Origin: a virus
Lineage: Duplodnaviria; Caudoviricetes
IMG/VR virus record: IMGVR_UViG_3300046786_000085
Location: 1-28,669 of that record
Length of the DNA: 28,669 bases
Strand: one strand, 5' to 3'
The notes beneath the pieces were generated by a model, which was not told the origin of the DNA, ran no database searches, and saw nothing but the letters and a program-made list of their open reading frames with translations. Made by a program: the position numbers and the translations under genes. This document shows positions 23,493-28,669 of this stretch, in pieces (the stretch's first letter is position 1; each line of letters starts with the position of its first letter).

Positions 23493-24333
23493 ATGTTGAC
23501 GTCACGATAATCGATGGTGACGCTGGGTGTACAGGAGAAGTTCCGGGCGGGTATGTAGCCGCTACTGTGTTGCCTGTATCCGATGCAAATAGCAATTGAA
23601 CATAGTCACCCGCATTCAGGGGCTGCACCAAGTTCCAAGAAATAATGGCCGTGCCGGGTTTACCACCGTGAATAGAGGGGATCGTGGCAATACCAGCGCT
23701 GTACGGAATATCTACGCCATTCAATCGGAACCAAATAGTCACGTTGTCAATTGTGTTGTCAAACGTCAGCATCTGGATACTGAACTGGATGTTATAAATG
23801 CCAGCGGTCTCGTGAACAATCTTTGTTTTGTCGGCAGGGTCAATAGACACGCCGTTGCTCACCGTGGTTTGAAGCAAGGTGAGGGGGGCCGATACCGTAG
23901 AAGACGCAAGCGTCTGGGCCTCGGATACAGAAACACCAGCGGTGTGCGCTACGTTAGTTGACCCATAAGCACCACGAGTAATGCCTGTAAAAGTTGTAGC
24001 GGTCTTACCTGTGTACTTAATCAATTCACTGCCAATAATCAAACCGCCAGCAGAAATAAACCCAGCCGTTGACGTGACTTGAATTGGCGTTGTGCCGTTG
24101 TTGGTCATGTTGGCGGTCAGCGTGGTGTACCCGTCTTGGTAAAACGCGCCATTAGGAAATTCAAGATACTTACCACCATTATTACCAAACAACTCCGACA
24201 AAGAATTGCGTAATTGGTTAAAGTACAAACGCAAAACGTTGGAATACTGATCTTGATATCGACGCTCATACTCCTGCGTACCCAACGGCAAATTGGGGGG
24301 AGCAGGGTTGATAATCCTTTTGTTAGTCGCCAT
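23470..24333 (-). CDS. Virion structural protein with C1q/TNF-like C-terminal domain (287 aa)
   Basis: N-terminal helix LRLYFNQL; AGIYNIQFS...WFRLNG...LNAGDYVQL; internal ELIKYTG...ITRG...AHTAG module. Confidence 0.7.
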   Translation of the reverse strand: MATNKRIINPAPPNLPLGTQEYERRYQDQYSNVLRLYFNQLRNSLSELFGNNGGKYLEFPNGAFYQDGYTTLTANMTNNGTTPIQVTSTAGFISAGGLIIGSELIKYTGKTATTFTGITRGAYGSTNVAHTAGVSVSEAQTLASSTVSAPLTLLQTTVSNGVSIDPADKTKIVHETAGIYNIQFSIQMLTFDNTIDNVTIWFRLNGVDIPYSAGIATIPSIHGGKPGTAIISWNLVQPLNAGDYVQLLFASDTGNTVAATYPPGTSPVHPASPSIIVTSTFVSALPA

Positions 24334-26393
24334 CAGCGCCTGCCGTCAGGACGAATGTCAATACGAGGAGCGCCCAACTGCCAAGCAGTGTTGATCTGGT
24401 TGGAGCTAATCTTGAAGATCATCTGGCGACCACGCATGCGTGTGAAGATCATGCCGGTGAACTCTTCAGTAATGTTGTATGAAGACGAAGCGCGTACTGG
24501 CTGATTAGCATCGCTTGTAACCCCAGAGCCAGAGTTAGCCAAGCCATACAAGTCCATCGTCACTGTGGCTTTATCCCCTGTCGGAGAGTCTGTAGCATTC
24601 TCAAAAGTTAAGTCTGGAAGGATACGCCAGACAAAGCCAAAGTTGTGGCCGTCACCAATGTCAAACTCAGACGAACTAATATAAGCATTAATTGCAGTAG
24701 TCGTAGCAGTTTCATTGTCGTTCAGCCCTTGTTCTTGGTTAACCAAGTTGTTGCTGTACGTAGCTGCCAAAGGATAGTCGCGCAGACCGGAATCTAACCA
24801 AGCAGTACGCGCCATGGTTCCGTAATACCAGATTTTTTCTGCGTAGTTGTATATAGCGTAACGGTCAACCGTAAAGCTACCAGCAGAGCAGTAGAACCAC
24901 CACACTTCGTTGAAGCCTTCACTTGTGCCGCAGAAAACTTGAGCCGCCTGCTCTTGGTTAATGTCTTGGAAGATGTAGCGGCGCAGGTCACAGTTGAGCG
25001 TTTGCACACGGCCATCGTAGGCATAGAACTTGTCCACACCCATCCAGTACACAATACCGGAAGCAATCACAGCCGAGTTCGGGCTGATGATAGAGATGTT
25101 GTCACCGAGCAACTGAGGTGCCCACACGTATGGAGGGCCAAGGTACTGAAGCGAATAGACACTAGAGTCTGTAAACACCACAATCTCTTGACGAGTCTGA
25201 ACTGTTGTAACAATCTCAGAGCCGTGGGATAACCGCACAAAACCTGCTTGGTTGGTGGGGTCTGGCGTCCAGTTATAGATGTCGTCCTGCGCTGACCAGC
25301 GAATCAGCATCGGGTCAATCGTTGAACTGCCGTAGTCGTTTGTACCAAACACAATCAAGAAACGTGATGTGTCTGAAACAGTAAATGTGTTCTGTATAGT
25401 TGGCGCGTCCACAATCTTAGACACAGAGCCTGAGCCAGATGACGAAGTATTTACTTCATTACCAGAACCATCAAGCAAGTTAAACGTCAGGCCGTTAACT
25501 TGGAACACGTAGTACGTTACACCTGCGGTGATACCAGTCGGCAAAGACCCACCAGAGAACTGAAGTGCTGCGCCTTCTGTGTAAAGAATAGTTGATGTAA
25601 CAACTGTTGGCGATGCGTTAGTGAATGTAACTGTGCCGCCAAGGGTATTGAGTGCAGTCCCACGTACAGTTAGACCGGCAGTAGCATCCCAGTAATAAAT
25701 GTTGCCACCACGAGGGCCATAAATTAAGTCCTCACCGTAGTTGATCTGGTTCCACAACTGCAAAGCCGTTGTAGATGTTGTGCCTACGCCCCAAACACCA
25801 GCGCCCCAAGCACCAGCGCCCCATCCGGTTAGCGGAACAGCATAAGCAGGGCCAGCGTTTACTTGATACGCAGCGGATACAGAAGCGCCGCCATAAGAGC
25901 CCGCAGACAACGCAGTCGGCGTTGTGATTGTGTATGAGTTAGCGTTAACTACTGTGATTTGATATTCAGCATTAAGCGTTGAAGCGTATGTGCCTGTTGC
26001 GCCACTAAACGTAACAAAAGAGCCAGTAGTTGCGCCGTGTGCAGTAGCTGAAACGGTAACTGTAGTTGTGCCGTTGGCTGTAAAAGGGTCTGTGCCAAGC
26101 GTTACTGTTGTGCGAATAGGAGTAACGTCGTAGTACGCACCGCCATTCTGGATGTAAAACTTAGTGTTTGTGCCAACGCCGACAAGATTTAAACTCCCAA
26201 GCGTCACCCAATTCCACAAAGACCGACATACGCCGTCATAAGTAAAACCAGAAATACGCTGCCAACCGCCAATAACTTCTGGATTGCCTTGACGGAAACG
26301 GATTTTGTCGCACTCGTACCAACCACCCTCTGTGGTGTATCGAGTATTTTCCCGGTTGACGCCCGGCTTAAACAGAACTTTTTGTAATGGCAT
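24333..26393 (-). CDS. P22 gp10-like tail nozzle/DNA stabilization protein (686 aa)
   Basis: KPGVNRE...GGW start, LIRWS, FNEVWWFY, WYYGTMARTAW, RMRGRQ...PDGRR end; FCCH-like inserted beta modules. Confidence 0.8.
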   Translation of the reverse strand: MPLQKVLFKPGVNRENTRYTTEGGWYECDKIRFRQGNPEVIGGWQRISGFTYDGVCRSLWNWVTLGSLNLVGVGTNTKFYIQNGGAYYDVTPIRTTVTLGTDPFTANGTTTVTVSATAHGATTGSFVTFSGATGTYASTLNAEYQITVVNANSYTITTPTALSAGSYGGASVSAAYQVNAGPAYAVPLTGWGAGAWGAGVWGVGTTSTTALQLWNQINYGEDLIYGPRGGNIYYWDATAGLTVRGTALNTLGGTVTFTNASPTVVTSTILYTEGAALQFSGGSLPTGITAGVTYYVFQVNGLTFNLLDGSGNEVNTSSSGSGSVSKIVDAPTIQNTFTVSDTSRFLIVFGTNDYGSSTIDPMLIRWSAQDDIYNWTPDPTNQAGFVRLSHGSEIVTTVQTRQEIVVFTDSSVYSLQYLGPPYVWAPQLLGDNISIISPNSAVIASGIVYWMGVDKFYAYDGRVQTLNCDLRRYIFQDINQEQAAQVFCGTSEGFNEVWWFYCSAGSFTVDRYAIYNYAEKIWYYGTMARTAWLDSGLRDYPLAATYSNNLVNQEQGLNDNETATTTAINAYISSSEFDIGDGHNFGFVWRILPDLTFENATDSPTGDKATVTMDLYGLANSGSGVTSDANQPVRASSSYNITEEFTGMIFTRMRGRQMIFKISSNQINTAWQLGAPRIDIRPDGRR

Positions 26394-26396
26394 CGG

Positions 26397-26840
26397 TTAA
26401 TCCAGCAGTGCGCACTCAGCCGTGCGGCGTTTAAGTAGACCCGGCAAAACCTTGCCGCCACCCTTAGTCCAGAGCATCAGTTGTTCCTTGGCCCCTTCCC
26501 AGTCATTGGCGTTGATTTTCCTCTTTAACGTGCTTGTTTGCAAGCGCCCAACACCAAGGTTGTAACAGAAATCTACGATGGCATTACACTTACGCACGTC
26601 AGTAATTAAACCGGGGCAGTTACGCAAAACCCCGGGCAGGTAAGTGTGCTGAAGCTCCACCATCAAAAGCGCCCGAGCCGTGGGTTCGTCCATCGGTGTG
26701 TCTTCTAGCGTCACCTTGCGGCCATCTGCGTAGTATGTAGAACCATAGCCAATCGTTGCCACACCAGCCGGGCAAAGGTAGGGCTTGGCCCGATACCCTT
26801 CAAACCGGCGGCACAGTTCTGCGGCAAGCTCCAAGTTCAT
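26397..26840 (-). CDS. Endolysin, GH24 phage lysozyme (147 aa)
   Basis: FEG-x7-CPAGVATIGYG, YNLGVG...STL...W...GLLKRR; start moved to ATG 26840 (ATGA overlap). Confidence 0.95.
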   Translation of the reverse strand: MNLELAAELCRRFEGYRAKPYLCPAGVATIGYGSTYYADGRKVTLEDTPMDEPTARALLMVELQHTYLPGVLRNCPGLITDVRKCNAIVDFCYNLGVGRLQTSTLKRKINANDWEGAKEQLMLWTKGGGKVLPGLLKRRTAECALLD

Positions 26841-27331
26841 AGGCCACGCTGTTTCAATGTACGGTCGAGGAACCAGTAGTTGATTGTGCCTGACACCAAA
26901 GCGCAAAAGTCCACAGTCATCATGGTCTTGAACACAACTTCAGGAGAAGCACCAGCTTTGTGAGCCTGCCAAGCAAACCACATGTGGATGAACGACCACA
27001 ACGCCATGATCCAGTAGGTCACGATAGGACGCACAGATGCGGAGAGGCTAGCAGCCCAGCCACCGGCAGCTTTGACCATCTCGGCTTGCTGATTGATTGC
27101 AGCATTGAAGGCATCCATGACACCGACATCCAAAGCCGCTTCACGGTTAGCGCCAATCTCAGCAAGGCGTTGTTGGCCACGAAGTTGTTCTAATTCGCAC
27201 TGGCGGCTGAACATGGCAAGCTCATGCTCACGCTCGCTTTTTTTGTCAAAGTACTTTAATACTTCAGGTGCAAGGCGGAACAGGCCGCCAATCACGCCAC
27301 CGAATAAACCGCCAGATAGGATTTCAAACAT
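26837..27331 (-). CDS. Holin-like membrane protein (164 aa)
   Basis: Hydrophobic N-terminus, SVRPIVTY plus two TM segments, YWFLDR end; directly upstream of endolysin. Confidence 0.65.
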   Translation of the reverse strand: MFEILSGGLFGGVIGGLFRLAPEVLKYFDKKSEREHELAMFSRQCELEQLRGQQRLAEIGANREAALDVGVMDAFNAAINQQAEMVKAAGGWAASLSASVRPIVTYWIMALWSFIHMWFAWQAHKAGASPEVVFKTMMTVDFCALVSGTINYWFLDRTLKQRGL

Positions 27332-27797
27332 TGGATTCCTTAATCGTAAACATCAGGTTTTTGTGCGAGGGGTAGTTCACAACCACCTCACCTTCTGGGC
27401 ATTTGTACTTGATGTGAGCCATCAACGTAGCCACCCCCGGCGTTACCTGCGAGGTGGTATCGAGCTTGAACTTGTACCCAAACTTATCCACAGTGTCGCT
27501 GGCGGGGCCTGAGAATGTTGCAATGCTGGGCTTGGCTGGGTGTACGACCAATTCAGAATCCCGCACCTCTAGTTTGAACGACGTGACTTCACAGTCATCC
27601 CTGATCTTTTGACGAGCCACTACAGCTTTGAATTCGCCGTTGGCAGGTGCATCGGATATTTGAAAGTGCTCTGGTGCCCACTTGAGGATGTCTTTATGGA
27701 ACACACCAAACTTGTCGGCAAGCGTGTACCCGCCACCAACCATAGCAGTTGAGGCAGTTATCGCACCAATGATTTTGGTGTAATACTCAAGTTCCAT
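27324..27797 (-). CDS. Hypothetical protein with N-terminal membrane anchor (157 aa)
   Basis: IIGAITASTAMVGGGYTL segment, beta-rich body with two Cys. Confidence 0.7.
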   Translation of the reverse strand: MELEYYTKIIGAITASTAMVGGGYTLADKFGVFHKDILKWAPEHFQISDAPANGEFKAVVARQKIRDDCEVTSFKLEVRDSELVVHPAKPSIATFSGPASDTVDKFGYKFKLDTTSQVTPGVATLMAHIKYKCPEGEVVVNYPSHKNLMFTIKESNV

Positions 27798-27798
27798 C

Positions 27799-27891
27799 TC
27801 ACCCCCACATCCAAATGATTGTGTACGTGCCCCAAATTACGAAGGCAACAATACAGGCCGCCGCAATAATTGCTTCAGCCCAATCGCGCAT
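27799..27891 (-). CDS. 30-aa single-TM peptide (MRDWAEAIIAAACIVAFVIWGTYTIIWMWG); not in ORF track
   Basis: Fills the gap exactly: 2 nt after upstream TAA, 1 nt before downstream ATG; strongly hydrophobic. Confidence 0.7.
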   Translation of the reverse strand: MRDWAEAIIAAACIVAFVIWGTYTIIWMWG

Positions 27892-27893
27892 GA

Positions 27894-28235
27894 TTATGCG
27901 TTCAGTGCGTCCAAACGACCCCATGCCCAGTCAGCGGCGGCAGATGGATCAAAAGGAATAGTGGCTGTAGGATCGCCGGGGTTTGCTGGATCAGGTTGTG
28001 TCCAGCCTGCGCCTACTGTTGTCAAATACGCCAACAGGTCAGCTTTGGTTGCAATAGCCTCAGCGTCACCGATGTCATCGGTTTCAGAGATGCCAACCAT
28101 GACCATGTCACGGGGGCTGGGGGTGCTAGGGTCAGCAACCACATACACGCCACCAACGCCTTCAGCGTGTAAGCAGAGGAATGAGGGGGCTGTGCCGTCA
28201 GCGGCCAAACGATACTTCATCATGCGATGTGCCAT
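27894..28235 (-). CDS. Hypothetical protein (113 aa)
   Basis: Start moved to ATG 28235 (AAGGAG RBS, 1 nt after the upstream stop). Confidence 0.75.
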   Translation of the reverse strand: MAHRMMKYRLAADGTAPSFLCLHAEGVGGVYVVADPSTPSPRDMVMVGISETDDIGDAEAIATKADLLAYLTTVGAGWTQPDPANPGDPTATIPFDPSAAADWAWGRLDALNA

Positions 28236-28236
28236 T

Positions 28237-28669
28237 TTATGCTCCTTGGGCGTACTGCCCGCTAAAAAGATATGCGCCAAAGTGTCCAAGTTCGCACCAA
28301 GGCGCGGCCCAGACGGTTCCACCGTGTTCACGGTACAAGTGGCAGAAGTTGTAGTCCTCAGACAGAAGCTCGTGGTCGTAGTTCTGTACCTTGAAGTAGT
28401 CGTACACCTTCTCGCCTTTGGGGATGGTTACACCCCCGTTGTCATACCAGCCCACATGAGGCTGTAGTTTCTCAAAAACATCGCGGCGGATCAACATAAA
28501 TCCTGTGCCAATATGCTTTACCTGAAACGGCAAGTCTGGGCTAATCATCTCGTGACCGTCCAGCTTGTTTAAATTAAAAATGCCCGTCAGCTTATGCAGG
28601 GCAGGGTGATTCAGAACAGCGCCCTGACGAACCCTATCCCAGTTAATCCCCTTCATAGGGACTGGGCCA
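28237..28669 (-). CDS. GT-A fold glycosyltransferase-like protein, C-terminal part (frame open to window edge)
   Basis: IGTGFMLIRRDVFEKL, LLSEDYNFC, GGTVW...LGHFG. Confidence 0.85.
   Translation of the reverse strand, partial: GPVPMKGINWDRVRQGAVLNHPALHKLTGIFNLNKLDGHEMISPDLPFQVKHIGTGFMLIRRDVFEKLQPHVGWYDNGGVTIPKGEKVYDYFKVQNYDHELLSEDYNFCHLYREHGGTVWAAPWCELGHFGAYLFSGQYAQGA

Overview
A ~28.7 kb fragment of a dsDNA tailed-phage genome with two convergent arms. The + strand arm (1-9447) is a replication module: family A DNA polymerase C-terminus, tightly coupled small accessory ORFs, Cas4-like nuclease, HNH-like protein, SNF2 helicase, putative SSB, HTH regulator and a primase-helicase fusion. The - strand arm (9526-28669) is a virion/lysis module: partial glycosyltransferase, holin-like protein, GH24 endolysin, P22 gp10-like tail protein, C1q-like protein, three putative ejection proteins and a ~2940-aa polyvalent protein. 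Podovirus-like morphology and a proteobacterial host are inferences only. Most notable: (1) the giant protein carries an AT-hook, a zincin motif, an Hsp90-like GHKL ATPase module ending in a second HExxH peptidase, and a PLxRFG-type C-terminus; (2) two unannotated promoter-driven small RNA candidates, a cloverleaf at 4740-4841 and a terminator-ended RNA at ~9462-9527 whose 5' end is complementary to start regions of phage genes; (3) both promoters carry a TGACAATGT element; (4) an xAxGG motif recurs across the three ejection proteins. All family calls come from motif recognition by eye; no searches were run.
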